This document shows positions 21,730 to 34,030 of a stretch of 64,000 nt of DNA, one piece after another. The stretch's first letter is position 1. Each line of letters opens with the position of its first letter. Location: assembly GCF_032444005.1 (NCBI RefSeq), contig NC_091283.1, positions 664,082,001 through 664,146,000 on the forward strand, read 5' to 3'. The notes under the pieces were generated by a model that was not told where the DNA came from, did no database searches, and saw nothing but the letters and a program-made list of their open reading frames with translations. The translations under genes and the position numbers were made by a program. Origin of the DNA: Ranitomeya imitator (Eukaryota).

Positions 21730-23030
21730 TTCATGGGAATTTGAATCACACCTCTTTTCCCCTGATTAAAACATAAATAAATAAAAAAATGTATTAATTG
21801 GTATCGTAGAACTGGCATCTCAGGACACAAACAGTAAACACAGCTCCATTGACAGAAAAATAAAAAATATTAGTGTTGTCAGAAAGTGTTTCCAGATCAT
21901 TTTCACCATAAAATTAATCCCGGAAAAATAAAACTCAAAATTCAAGGACAGAATTGAAAGTTTGCACAATTTCATTCCACTCGTAATTTTTTGCCTGTTT
22001 GGTAAATGGGAATGCACTGTTTAGAACTACAACTCGATCTTCCAAAAACAAGCCGTCAAATGGCTATGTTTACACAAAATAAAAAAGTTATGGCTCTTGG
22101 AAGAAGAGGGGGTAAAAATAAAAAAAACTAAAATCGAAAATTGGCTTTGGATACGAGGAATTAAATGGTTTAAATAGTAACTATACTTTTGAATAAGCTT
22201 AAAAATGTGGCTCATAAGTGGAGAAGGAAGCAGATTTCTATGATAAATTGTATTAAAAGTTTATTTGTTGAAAGTACAGTTCTTATTTAAAGATGGAAAA
22301 AGTAGCAATTCATGTTAACTGAGAACATGCCTTGTACAACAGAGAACCCTAGATTAACCCCTTAGTGACCAAGCCAAAGTTTTCAAACCTGACACGTGTC
22401 AATTTATGTGGCAATAACACTGAAATGTTTTAACATCTCTCAGTGATTCTGAGATTGTTTTTTCATGACACATTGTACCTTACGATAGTTGTAAATTTAG
22501 GTTGATAAAATTAAAGGGCAAATCATAACACAATTTCCATAACAGCAGGTTAGTTTAGAACAAGTGAATTGAGGGAACCGTAATATACCTATCTGGAGCA
22601 TCCAGCACTGCCCGAGTCCACATGGTACGGTACTTTCCATGTAATGCCGCATTAGGACTGAAGTGGTGCAGAAAACACATGGATAACCAGGGATTCCCAT
22701 GATACCCAGATTATTACTCATGGTATTTAAAGTAAACCTGCAAGGCTTGTGTATGGTTCACCTGTGTCACTGGATAACTGGATAACAGTTGTGGTTACCA
22801 TTTCTGGACATCTATATCTGGTAGTGTCTAAAATGTTATAATATGCAAAACAATAATAATTATACACATTGAAAATGAGAAATTCTAAGGGCCAGAACAC
22901 TAGCTTTGTATGTTCTCCCTAAGACAAATCTACAAAAAAAAGTATTTGTGGCATGCATTAACATGTGGAAACTTGTCAGGCATGAAATGACTCAAGTTAT
23001 GTATAAAAAATTGTATGACGGAATACTTAC

Positions 23031-23107
23031 TGTTAGAGATGTGAAGGTCAAGCAGATACCTCCAAACCCATTTAGAGACAAAGCAAGGAATATGACCGGT
23101 GCCAAAA
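23031..23107 (-). CDS. slc43a1: SLC43 transporter (LAT3-like), coding exon 4, 77 bp
   Basis: ttttctcag|TT TTG GCA CCG...ACA|gtaagt gives (V)LAPVIFLALSLNGFGGICLTFTSLT; phase 1 matches the preceding exon. Confidence 0.92.
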
Positions 23108-23249
23108 CTGAGAAAACATATAGAATCACATCATGTATAAATAAACAGATATTTGCATAGCAAAGGGAAATTAATTACAAATAATGTTCCTTAAGAGATA
23201 GAATATTTGGCAACAAATGCAAAATTAATAGAAGTAAATGAATAATTAA

Positions 23250-23669
23250 AGGGATTATCCAGGTCTTTTGGTTTTTTTTTCCTATGGGGCTAAGAACTTA
23301 CTGACAGTAAGTTTCTAACTACCAGCCTGTGCTAACCAGCAACAATCTATCCTGTCTCAGGTGGTGATTCTCCTGCTTCCTTTGACCTCACGTTGACAAA
23401 GCAGCGTATTCTCTCTTGGGTTCCTCTGTCGATGGAGTGGCACTGCTGAAGTCATGCTAATTGACAGTGATGCTCTGTCAACAGAGCAGAGCAGAAGAGA
23501 GGGCATTGCTCTGTCGACATCACGTCACAAGAAGCAGGAGAACCACCAGCAGGAGCAATAACCACTTTGCCAGCAGAGATCATTGTAGGGCAGAACAGGC
23601 ATGAAGTTATCAACTACCTGCCTCTAAGTTCTTAGCTCTATAGGAAAAGAAAAGTGCCGGATAACCCCT
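23250..23669. mobile_element. T2/Kolobok-type MITE, degenerate
   Basis: TTAA|AGGGATTATCC ... GGATAACCCCT|TTAG. Confidence 0.7.
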
Positions 23670-23835
23670 TTAGAAATTTGTTGTGTAATAGTGATGTGTA
23701 TTTGGCAATATGACAAGTTGTAAGTGAATTTTTGAATGACATTTATGTACAGTTTGTGGATTTTTTAAAGAAGAGTATGCCTTTGGTGGAATAATGCTTA
23801 TCATTGTATATATTGCAGCAACCACAATTTACTAC

Positions 23836-24798
23836 TGTTAGGACTGGCGGAACGCACCAAGAGAGATGATATAGATGCGTTCGCAGTCCGGGGTCCACCG
23901 TGCAGGTGAAACCTGCTGCTAGGAAATGACAGACAATATGGCGGTATTCAAAAGTATACACGCGTGGGTTAAACCTCACCCAGCGTGAAGAAAGCGATCC
24001 TGTTGCGTCACAGGACCGCGGTACCGCACATAGAGCGCGAGCAAGTGGTCAGCGAACTAAACCCCAACAGGGATTGTAGTCCGATTAGACCCTTGCTGGC
24101 ACTACACCGCTACTGGGTGTGAAAGGAATTATATAATAAAGGCACCGAAGTGCGAACTGTGCCGTGCTGGCAGGCACCACTAAGCACCCAGACGTGGGTC
24201 AGGAAGCACACACTGGCGCGTGGCACCGCACTAGCGGTCACAGCAGTAGACGCTGACACGTGTGTGACACGTTGAGTGATAAGTCGGGCGCTAGATAGCA
24301 GCCATACTCCATACGCGAACAATCATACAATAGGGTAGGGGTATTTAAAGAACGACTTGCACTCACAACAAACACACGTATTAAATTGTACACTAGCGCA
24401 TGGCCGTGCGGTCATGCGCAGTTTATATAGTTGCAGGACAGGAAGCGGCCACAGAAACTTTGCCCTTCCAAGACCTGCCAAGAGGACCAATAGAATGCGC
24501 TGCAGAGTCTGAGCACATGACCCTCGATCTCCAACGGGAGATCTTGCCCTGGGCATGCTCAGTGTGCGCAGACAAGGACTTAGTCCCAGAGAAGTCCACT
24601 CGCTGCTGACCAGTATAGGCTTTACAGGCAGAAGCTGGAGAAGCAGCAGTAACTCTTCTCACAGAGTCAGACTGAGTGAGACGCTGGGATCGACGTCCCT
24701 GCTGAGCAGGCTCCACTGCGGCTGGAGGAGCATGGGAGACCGCAGCGGAGACGGATCGAGATTCCCCCTGTGCAGCAGAGGAAACTCGACTCCTAACA
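23836..24798 (-). mobile_element. Solo LTR, family B (963 bp)
   Basis: TGTTAGGA...TCCTAACA; perfect 5-bp TSD ACTAC (23831-23835, 24799-24803). Strand is inferred from TATATAAA at 24429-24422. Confidence 0.92.
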
Positions 24799-25379
24799 AC
24801 TACTATTTAACCCCTTCACCCCGAAGCCTGTTTTCAACTTCCTGACCGGGCCATTTTTTCAATTCTGACCATTGTCTCTTTATGAGACCATAACTCTGAA
24901 ACGCTTCAACGGATCCAGGTGATTCTGAGAATGTTTTCTCGTGACATATTGTACTTTATGATAGTGGTAAAATTTCATCGATTTGACTTGCGTTTATTTG
25001 TGAAAAAAATGGAAATTTGGTGAAAATTTTGAAAATTTTGCAATTTTTAAACTTTAGTTTTTATGCCCTTAAATGAGAGAGTCATATCATACAAAATAGT
25101 TAATAAATAACACTACCCACATGTCTGCTTTACATTAGCAGAATTTGGGAAACATAATTTGTTGTTAGGAAGTCATAAGGGTTAAAAATTGACCAGCGAT
25201 TTCTCATTTTTACAACAAAATTTGCAAAACCATTTTTTTAGTGACCACCTCAAACTTGAAGTGACTTTGAGGGGTCTATATGACAGAAAAAGCCCAAAAG
25301 TTACACCATTCATAAAACTGCACCCCTCAAGGTACTGAAAACCACATTCAAAAAGTTTATTAACCCTTCAGGTGCTTCA

Positions 25380-27240
25380 CAGGAATTTTTGGAATGTTTA
25401 AATAAAATTGAACATTTAACTTTTTTTCACAAAATTTTTACTTCAGATCCAATTTGTTTTATTTTACCAAGGGTAACAGGAGAAATTGGACCACAAAAGT
25501 CGTTGTACAATTTGTCCTGAGTACACCGATACCCCATATGTGGGGGTAAACCACTGTTTGGGCGCATGGCAGAGCTCGAAGGGAAGGAGCGCCATTTGAC
25601 TTTTCAATGTAAAATTTGCTGGAATTGAGATCGGACACCATGTTGCATTTGGAGAGCTTCTGATGTGCCTAAACAGTGGAAACCCCCCAAAAGTGACACC
25701 ATTTTGGAAAGTAGACCCCCTATGGAACTAATCAAGATGTGTGGTGAGCACTTTGAACCTCCAAGTGCATCACAGAAGTTTATAATGTAGAGCCGTAAGA
25801 AAAAAATCATATTTTTTTCACAAAAAATGATGTTTTTGCCCCAAATTTTTTATTTTCCCAAGGGTAACAGGACAAATTGGACCCCAAAAGTTGTTTTGCA
25901 ATTTGTCCTGAGTACGCTGATACCCTGTGTGTGGGGGTAAACAACGGTTTAGGCGCATGGCTGAGCTCGGAAAGGAAGGAGCGCCGGTTGACTTTTCAAT
26001 GCAAAATTAGCTGGAATTGAGATCGGAACCCATGTCTCGTTTGGAGAGCCCCTGATGTGCCTAAACAGTGGAAACCCCCCACAAGTAACCCTATTTTGGA
26101 AAGAAGACCCCCTAAGGAATTTATCTAGATGTGTGGTGAGCACTTTTAAACTTTCACTAAAGTTTAGAATGTAGAGCCGTGAAAATTAAAAAATCATTTT
26201 TTCTTTCCACAAAATGATCTTTTAGGCGGCAAATTTTTTTTCCCCAAGGGTAACAGTTGAAATTGGACCCCAAAGGTTGTTATCCAATTTGTCCTGAGTA
26301 TGCTGATACCCCATATGTGGGGGGACCACCGTTTGGGCGCACGGTAGGGCTCGGAAGGGAAGGAGCGCTGTTTGGAATGCAGACTTAGATGGATTGGTCT
26401 GCAGGTGTCACATTGCATTTGCAGAGCCCCATATGTACCTAAACAGTGGAAACCTCCCACAAGTGACCCCATATTGGAAACTAGACCCCCCAAGGAACTT
26501 ATCTAGATGTGTGGTGAGAACTTTGACCCCCCAAGTGTTTCGCTAAAGTTTATAACGCAGAGCCGTGAAAATAAAAAATATATTTTTTTCCGCGAAAATA
26601 TTTTAGCCCCCAAATTTTTATTTTCCCAAGGGTAACTGGACAAATTGGACTCCAAAAGTTGTTGTCCAATTTGTCCTGAGTATGCTGATACCCCATATGT
26701 TGAGGGGAACCACTGTTTGGGCGCATGGCAGAGCTCGGAAGGGAAGGAGCGCCGTTTGGAATGCAGACTTAGATGGATTGGTCTGCAGGTGTCACATTGC
26801 ATTTGCAGAGCCCCATATGTACCTAAACAGTAGAAACCTCCCACAAGTGACCCCATATTGGAAACTAGACCCCCCAAGGAACTTATCTAGATGTGTTGTG
26901 AGAACTTTGAACACCCAAGTATTTCACTTCAGTTTATAACGCAGAGCCGTGAAAATAAAAAATCTTTTTTTTCCACAAAAATTATTTTTTAGCCCCCGGT
27001 TTTGTATTTTCCCGAGGGAAACAGGAGAAATTGGACTCCAAAATTTGTTGTCCAATTTGTCCTGAGTACGCTGATACTCCATATGTTGGGGTAAACCCCT
27101 GTTTGGGCGCACAGGAGAGCTCGGAAGGGAAGGAGCACTGTTTTAGTTTTTCAACGCAGAATTGGCTGGAATTGAGATCGAACGCCATGTCGTGTTTGGA
27201 GAGCCCCTGATGTGCCTAAAGAGTGGAAACCCCCCAATTT
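25380..27240. repeat. Tandem array of about 385 bp x 5 inside the piggyBac-like element
   Basis: TTTGTCCTGAGT recurs at 25511, 25902, 26288, 26670 and 27056. Confidence 0.9.
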
Positions 27241-27246
27241 TAACTG

Positions 27247-27572
27247 AAACCCTAACCCAAACACACCCCCTAACCCAAATCCCAACCACAATCCTAACCA
27301 CACCTCTAACCCTAATCACAACTTTAATGCCAACCGTAAATGTAATCCAAACCTTAACTTTAGCTACACCCCTAAATCCAACCCAAACCCCAACCCTAAC
27401 CCTAGCCCCAACCCTAACCCCAACCGTAACTCCAACCCTAACCCCAACCCTAACCTCAACCCTAACTTTAGCCCCAACCCTAACCCCAAATCTAACCCCG
27501 ACCCCAACCCTAACTTTACTCCCAACCCTAACCCTAATCCCAACCCTAACTTTAGCCCCAACCCTAACCCTC
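27247..27572. repeat. Degenerate telomere-like (CCCTAA/CCCCAA)n tract
   Basis: About 55 hexamers, many being exact CCCTAA or AACCCT. Confidence 0.9.
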
Positions 27573-28476
27573 ACCGGGAAATGGAAATAAATACATTTTT
27601 TAAAATTTTATTAATTTTCCCTAAGTAAGGGGTGATGAAGGGGGGTTTGATTTGCTTTTATAGCATTTTTTGGCTGATTTTTATGATTGGCAGCCGCCAC
27701 ACACTAAAAAGACGCTTTTTATTGCAACAAATAGTTTTTGCATCACCACATTTTGAGAGCTATAATTTATCCATATTTTGGCCCACAGAGTCATGTGGGT
27801 CTTGTTTTTTGCGGGACGATTTGACGTTTTTATTGGTACCATTTTCGGGCACATGACATTTTTTGATCGCTTTTTATTCCGATTTTTGGGAGGCAGAATG
27901 AACTAAAACCAGCAATTCCTGAATTTCTTTTGGGGGGGGGGTATTTATACCGTTCCACGTGTGGTAAAACTGATAAAGCACCTTTATTCTTCAGGTCAGT
28001 ATGATTACAGCGATACCTCATTTATATTTTTTTTATGTTTTGACGCTTTTACACAATAAAAACTATGTTATATAAAAAATAATTGTTTTTGCATCGCTTT
28101 ATTCTGAGAGCTATAACTGTTTTATTTTTCTGCTGATGATGCTGTATGGCAGCTTTTATTTGCGGGACAAGATGACGTTTTCAGCGGTACCATGTTTATT
28201 TATATCTGTCTTTTTGATCGCGTGTTATTCCACTTTTTGTTCGCCGGTATGATAATAAAGCGTTGTTTTTTGCCTCTTTTTTTTTTTTTTTGCAGTGTTC
28301 ACTGAAGGGGTTAACTAGTGGGATAGTTTTATAGAGCGGGTCGTTACGGATGCGGCGATACCAAATATGTGTACTTTTATTGTTTTTTTTTTATTTACAT
28401 AAATAAATGGATTTATTGGGAAATTATTATTTTTTCTTTATTTGAGTTTTTTTTTATACATTCTATTTTTTTTTAA

Positions 28477-29348
28477 AGGGAACCTGTCACCCCGTTTTTT
28501 CAGATTGAGATATAAATACTGTTAAATAGGGCCTGCGCTGTGCGTTACTATAGTGTATGTAGTGTACCCTGATTCCCCACCTATGCTGAGAAATACATTA
28601 CCAAAGTCGCCGTTTTCGCCTGTCAATCAGGCTGGTCAGGTCAGGTGGGCGTGGTGACATCGCTCTTTTGTTCCCCAGCTTTCCGTTGGTGGCGTAGTGG
28701 TGTGCGCATGTCCAAGTTCCGAATTCCCTGCGCGCACGTGAAGAAACAGCACGCGATCTGCGCTGTTATCCCTTTCATCGGTGGGGGCGGCCATCTTCCT
28801 GGGGCCACGTGTGCGCAGATGGAGTGCTCTGCTGCACGGGGCTTCAGGAAAATGGCCGCGGGATGCCGCGCATGCACAGAAGAGATCGCGGCGGCCATTT
28901 TCAGTTTGCATCTCGGCTTTGGGAAAATGGCCGCCGCGATCTCTTCTGCGCACGCGCGGCATCCCGTGGCCATTTTCCTGAAGCCCCGTGCAGCAGAGCA
29001 CTCCATCTGTGCACGCGCGGCCCCAGGAAGATGGCCGCCCCCACCGATGAAAGGGATAACAGCGCAGATCGCGCGCTGTTTCTTCACGTGCGCGCAGGGA
29101 ATTCGGAACTTGGACATGCGCACACCACTACGCCACCAACGGAAAGCTGGGGAAGAAAAGAGCAATGTCACCACGCCCACCTGACCTGACCAGCCTGATT
29201 GACAGGCGAAAACGGCGACTTTGGTAATGTATTTCTCAGCATAGGTGGGGAATCAGGGTACACTACATACACTATAGTAACGCACAGCGCAGGCCCTATT
29301 TAACAGTATTTATATCTCAATCTGAAAAAACGGGGTGACAGGTTCCCT
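28477..29348. mobile_element. Palindromic T2/Kolobok-type MITE (425-bp arms, 22-nt spacer)
   Basis: TTAA on both sides; AGGGAACCTGTCA termini; arms 28477-28901 and 28924-29348 differ at roughly nine positions by eye. Confidence 0.93.
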
Positions 29349-30574
29349 TTAACTTTCTAACATTGTCCCAGGGTGGGACATCACTATATTAGATAAGATC
29401 ACTGATCTGACACTTTGCATAGCACTGTGTCAGATCAGCGATCTGATAGGCAGTGCAGGAGGCTTTCCGGCGCCTGCTCAGAGCAAGCCACCTCACTTCA
29501 GGACCCGGAAGGAGCCCCGAGGCCATTTTGGATCCGGGGACTCCTTCCAGAACACCGGAACAACGCGATCGCATCGCGTTGCTTCGGTGGGAGAGCGCAG
29601 GGAGCCCCCATCCCTGCGCGATGCCCCTCTATGTCGCTGTCACTACTGACAGCGGCATCAGAGGGGTTAAATGCCCATGATCGGCGCTAGCACCAATCGT
29701 GGGCATTGCTATGGGGTGTCAGCTGTCATATACAGCTGACACCCGCACGCGATCGCCGCGGCGCTCAGCGTGAGGCTGCGCGATCGTGCTGCCGTACTAG
29801 TACTGCGGTTGGCGGGAACTCAGTTCCCGCAGAGCAGTACTAGCATGGCGCATGTCGGGAAGGGGTTAATAGCGCATGAGGAATAGTGTTATATTGCAAT
29901 AAAGCATTGTTAGAAAAAAAAAGAACCAGGAAAATCCTGTTCACTGTGTGTGTAGCTGGAAGACATTTTACTTTCACTTTCAAGCTGAGAGACAAGATGC
30001 TAAGATCCTAAGCTATAAGAAATACCAGTTGTGAGCTGTGTTATCTTTGTTCCTGATTTCCTGAAAATGTATTCATTGTTGAACGGTTGGACAGTACAGA
30101 GATTAATCTGCTGCCTTCAATATTCTATAGTGCAGACCTGGGCAAACTACGGCGCTCGGGCCACATTTGGCCCTTTGGCTATACTTGTCCAGAAGAGGAC
30201 AACAAAAGAGCTGAAAGCAGTAGCTTGCAGGTTACATGCTGCATCCACCCTCCCCACATTCATCCCACATCTCAATTTCACCACTGTCTGCACCCTCAGG
30301 TTGCAGATATCGGTGAATATAATTGTGGAGGAGGGAGCCGTTAGACCCATCCCTATCTTGCACCATTTTGCCTGCATGACTGAGTGTGTTACCACAGCAA
30401 GTGCATTGAAGTCATTAGATCGCGCCTGCTGTGGAGCCTAAGTGTGCAGAGCAAAGACCGGAGCCAAGCAGCGCACCTCGGGAACAGGAGTGAGGTGAGT
30501 ATTTTGTGTTTGGGTTTCTTTTTGGCATTCACTTGAACGGCGGATATGAGTGGCCATTATTATGTGTTTAGGGA

Positions 30575-31520
30575 CTGTGGGGTACATCATAATGTTTTAT
30601 GGCGTTGGGGGATCATAATGTTGGGGCTTGATTCTTGGGGGCTGTGGGGGATCATATTGTGGGGGTCCTCACTCTATGACTAGGGGTTATGGGGATCATA
30701 CTCTGGGGGTCCTCATTCTATTTTATGACTAGGGGTTATGGGGATCATACTCTGGGGGTCCTCATTCTGTGTTGGGTCCTGTGTATGATCATACAGTGGA
30801 TGTTCCCATTCTGTGATTGGGGCTGTGGATGATCATACTGTGAGGGTCCTCATTCAGTGTTGGGGGATTATGGGGATCTTAAGGTGGGGGTCTTCATTCT
30901 GTGGAGGTCTTCTTTTTGTGTTGAAGGCTGTGGGTGTCCTCACTCTGTGTTGGGAGCTAAGGGGGATCATACTGTGGGGGTCCTCATTTTATGTTTCTGG
31001 AGTTATGAGGATTATATGGCAGGGGTCCTCATTTTGTGTTGGAGTGCTGTTGAGATCATACAGTGGGTGTCCTCATTCTGTATTGGAGGCTGTGGAGAAT
31101 CATACTGTGAGGGTCTTTATTCTGTGTTGCGGGCTGTGGGAATTATACAATGTTGAGAGTGCTGTGGAGGCCATCATTCTGTTGGGGAGGTGTGGGAGAT
31201 CATATTGTAGGGGGGTCATCATTCTGTGTTTGAAGGCTGTGGGGAATCTTATTCTTTGGTGAGGGGACGATAGATGCTGTTGGGGCATCATACTGTTTGG
31301 CTAACTGGGGGAGCCAGTATTTTGTGTGCATGGGGGGGTCTTTTAGAAATCATACTGTGGTTGGGAGGTCATACTGTGTGGGGAAACTGTGTGGCATTCA
31401 TTGGTGAGGGCCATCACTGTGTCTGGTATCATGATTTTGAGGAGCTGTATATACTGTATATGAGGGGGCTGAGGTATCATGCATACTGTGTGGGTAGTTT
31501 TGGGGCCATTATTCTGTGCT
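30575..31520. repeat. Degenerate G/T-rich minisatellite (about 30-45 bp units)
   Basis: Recurrent GCTGTGGGGGATCATACTGTGGGGGTCCTCATTCTG motif. Confidence 0.75.
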
Positions 31521-32829
31521 TTGTGTGGTGGCTTTGAGGACATGTTGTTTTGGGAGAAGGTTTTGATAGTAGTACAAGGGCTAAATTACAGCAGTGTAGC
31601 AGTGTAGCTTTTCATAAACTTTGCAAAAATCAGTAAATTGTGGTTTTGATTTGCGCAAAAATAAGCAAAAAAAATAATATTAATATAAGATAATAATATG
31701 TTAATTACAATGTTGAACAGAATTTCAATGTATTGGTTCTGCCATCCACAACAGTCACAGTCTATCATGTTGCTGCTTGGGAAAATGAATTGACCAACCT
31801 TGCTATAATGAATTGTATTTTCAGTTAAAGGGATTGTCCATGTAAAATTACAATTTTACCAGTGGCTTTGTATAATAAAAAATAAAACTTACATGACTCA
31901 AGTCTGTGTTTAGACCAGAAGGAAAACCTCACTGTTCCACCAGTAGCAGAACTACTGTGATTGCTTGCCTTGATCAGGTGACTTCATCAGGTTATGGTCA
32001 TCGCTAACATCACTGATGATGCGCTGTTAAAGTCACCCACAAGGCCGCCAATCACAGGTTGTAGCAGTTCTGCTGCTGCTTGTACAATGATGTTTTCCTT
32101 CTGATTTAACCCCTTAGTGACCACCAATGCGTCTTTTTTACTGACATATGATATAAAAGACTAGCTAGCATCCCCCGGCTTCTTTAACCCCATTAGCACC
32201 CTGAGATCTTGATTGTGTGGTCCTGATGTTTGCAATGGCAATTCATGGCCAAATAATGGCCTTAGAGTCTGCCAGCTATATTGGCTGGTTCAAAAGTTAT
32301 TAAAATTTAGGTGGTAAAAATACTTTTTCATTCTTGTCATGCCACCTTGCATTCCTGAAAAGCACCTGAAGGGTTAATATACTACCTGAAAGCAATTTTG
32401 AATACGTTGAGGGGTGCGGTTTTTAACATGTTATCACTTTTGGGGAGTTTCAACATACAGCACACAAAAAGTCACTTCGAAATTGAACAGGTCCCTAAAA
32501 AAATAAGTTTTCTAAATTTCCATGAAAAAAATCAAAAATTACTACTACAATTTTAAACCTTCTAAAATGAGTTATCACTACATAAAGTGACATGTCAGAT
32601 TTAAAAAAAAATGGCCCGGTCACTTAGGGGCTGAACGCACATCAACCAGTTGTATTTATTTTTTTCAGTGTAGGTTATAAAATGTTATAAATTCTGAACT
32701 TTACTGCGATTGCTGTTACAAAACGCTCAATTTCAATTAGGATATTTCAATATTCCCCATACATAGTGCCATCAAGCCAAATACTGGCGTTTTGTGCATT
32801 GATTAATATTAAATAATATATCTACTCAC

Positions 32830-32885
32830 CTAAAGGATCATACCCAGCAAGAGCCATCAGGGCACAAGAAAGTGCAAAGCAGAAA
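32830..32885 (-). CDS. slc43a1: SLC43 transporter (LAT3-like), coding exon 3, 56 bp
   Basis: catag|T TTC TGC TTT GCA...TTA G|gtgagt gives (S)FCFALSCALMALAGYDPL; phases 2 and 1 fit both neighbours. Not in the ORF track. Confidence 0.9.
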
Positions 32886-33734
32886 CTATGAAAAAAAACA
32901 TGAACAATAATCACATAAAATATAACACTTTATTTATTCTGTTAATTCTATGTTAAGGTGGTTGTCTTGGCAAAAAAAATATAAGATAACAAACAAAAAT
33001 AATAAAAAATAACAAACACTGAGCTCACCTGCTGGCACTTATCAGGATCACTGTTAAAAGCGTCAGCAAGGCTACTGGGAACTGTGATAGGCTGTTGTGG
33101 TCATGTGTTCCCCACAGCGCATCATTGCTCATGTCACTGAAAACTTGCTCCTGAAGACACCTGACTATGGTAGCAATCACAGGTCCCAGTCATCCTGCTG
33201 ACACTTTAAATGGTGAGTAATGGTAGTTGATTATGGTTTTAACTTTACCAAGCCACCAGTGAAAGTTATTAATTTCCAAGCTGCACTTAAATGTAAATTT
33301 TAACAAAGAAACAAACAAAAAGGAGCTATTATAATTATGTTTTCTGCCTAATATTAGTTGAGACAAATTCCTAATTTCATGGAACATTTCTAATACATAG
33401 GAATAGCAAACATCCCATGCACCACTTAAGTCAAAAACAACTTTGCTCCATTTAAAACCTGATGTGACTTCCTACTGGTCACAACAATGGAAATCAAAGG
33501 CACTAATGAATAAAGATAAAAATACGGAACATAATTTATTTTAAAAAAAAAAACGCATCGTAGTGGGCCGTTATAAAACCCGACAGGAGAAAATGATAAG
33601 AAAAAGGCTCATTTGCTTGAGAAACCATGGCTCAAATGTTCCATGTTTGTATGACAGAATTAAATGAATGAAGGTTTTTTACTATTATTCTCTGGTACTT
33701 TGGACCTTGGCTGTTGACACTTCTGATACATATA

Positions 33735-33995
33735 CAGTGCCTTGCGAAAGTATTCGGCTCCCTGGAACTTTTCAACCTTTTCCCACATATCATGCTTCAA
33801 ACATAAAGATACCAGATGTAAATTTTTTGTGAAGAATCAACAACAAGTGGAACACATTTTTGAAGTTGAACGAAATTTAATGGTTATTTTAAATTTTTGT
33901 GGAAATTCAAAAACTGAAAAGTGCGGCGTGCAATATTATTCGGCCCCTTTACTTTCAGTGCAGCAATCTCACTCCAGAAGTTCATTGTGGATCTC
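33735..33995 (+). mobile_element. Tc1-like left TIR fragment
   Basis: TA|CAGTGCCTTGCGAAAGTATTCGGC; truncated. Confidence 0.82.
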
Positions 33996-34030
33996 TTGAA
34001 AAAGACCTTGTATGGTTGAAATGTTGCATC
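33996..34030 (+). ncRNA. Degenerate Penelope-type hammerhead ribozyme motif (U3-A8 variant)
   Basis: TTGAAAA-A-GACC-ttgtat-GGTT-GAAA-TGTT followed by AATAAA at 34037; the 5' strand of stem I is missing. Confidence 0.45.

Larger units (their letters stand above)
24811..29865. mobile_element. piggyBac-like non-autonomous element (5.05 kb)
   Basis: TTAA|CCCCTTC ... GAAGGGG|TTAA; no transposase; related ends at about 22355, 32107 and 63848. Confidence 0.8.

Noticed and set aside
22480-22830. Exon-like or LINE-like sequence just downstream of exon 4
   Set aside because: No frame resembles the next SLC43 exon or a recognisable domain.
27143-27590. 142-143 aa Pro/Thr- or Val/Gly-rich ORFs
   Set aside because: Translations of the telomere-like hexamer tract.
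28636-29189. Two 179-aa ORFs of near-identical sequence on opposite strands
   Set aside because: A consequence of the GC-rich palindrome; no protein family features.
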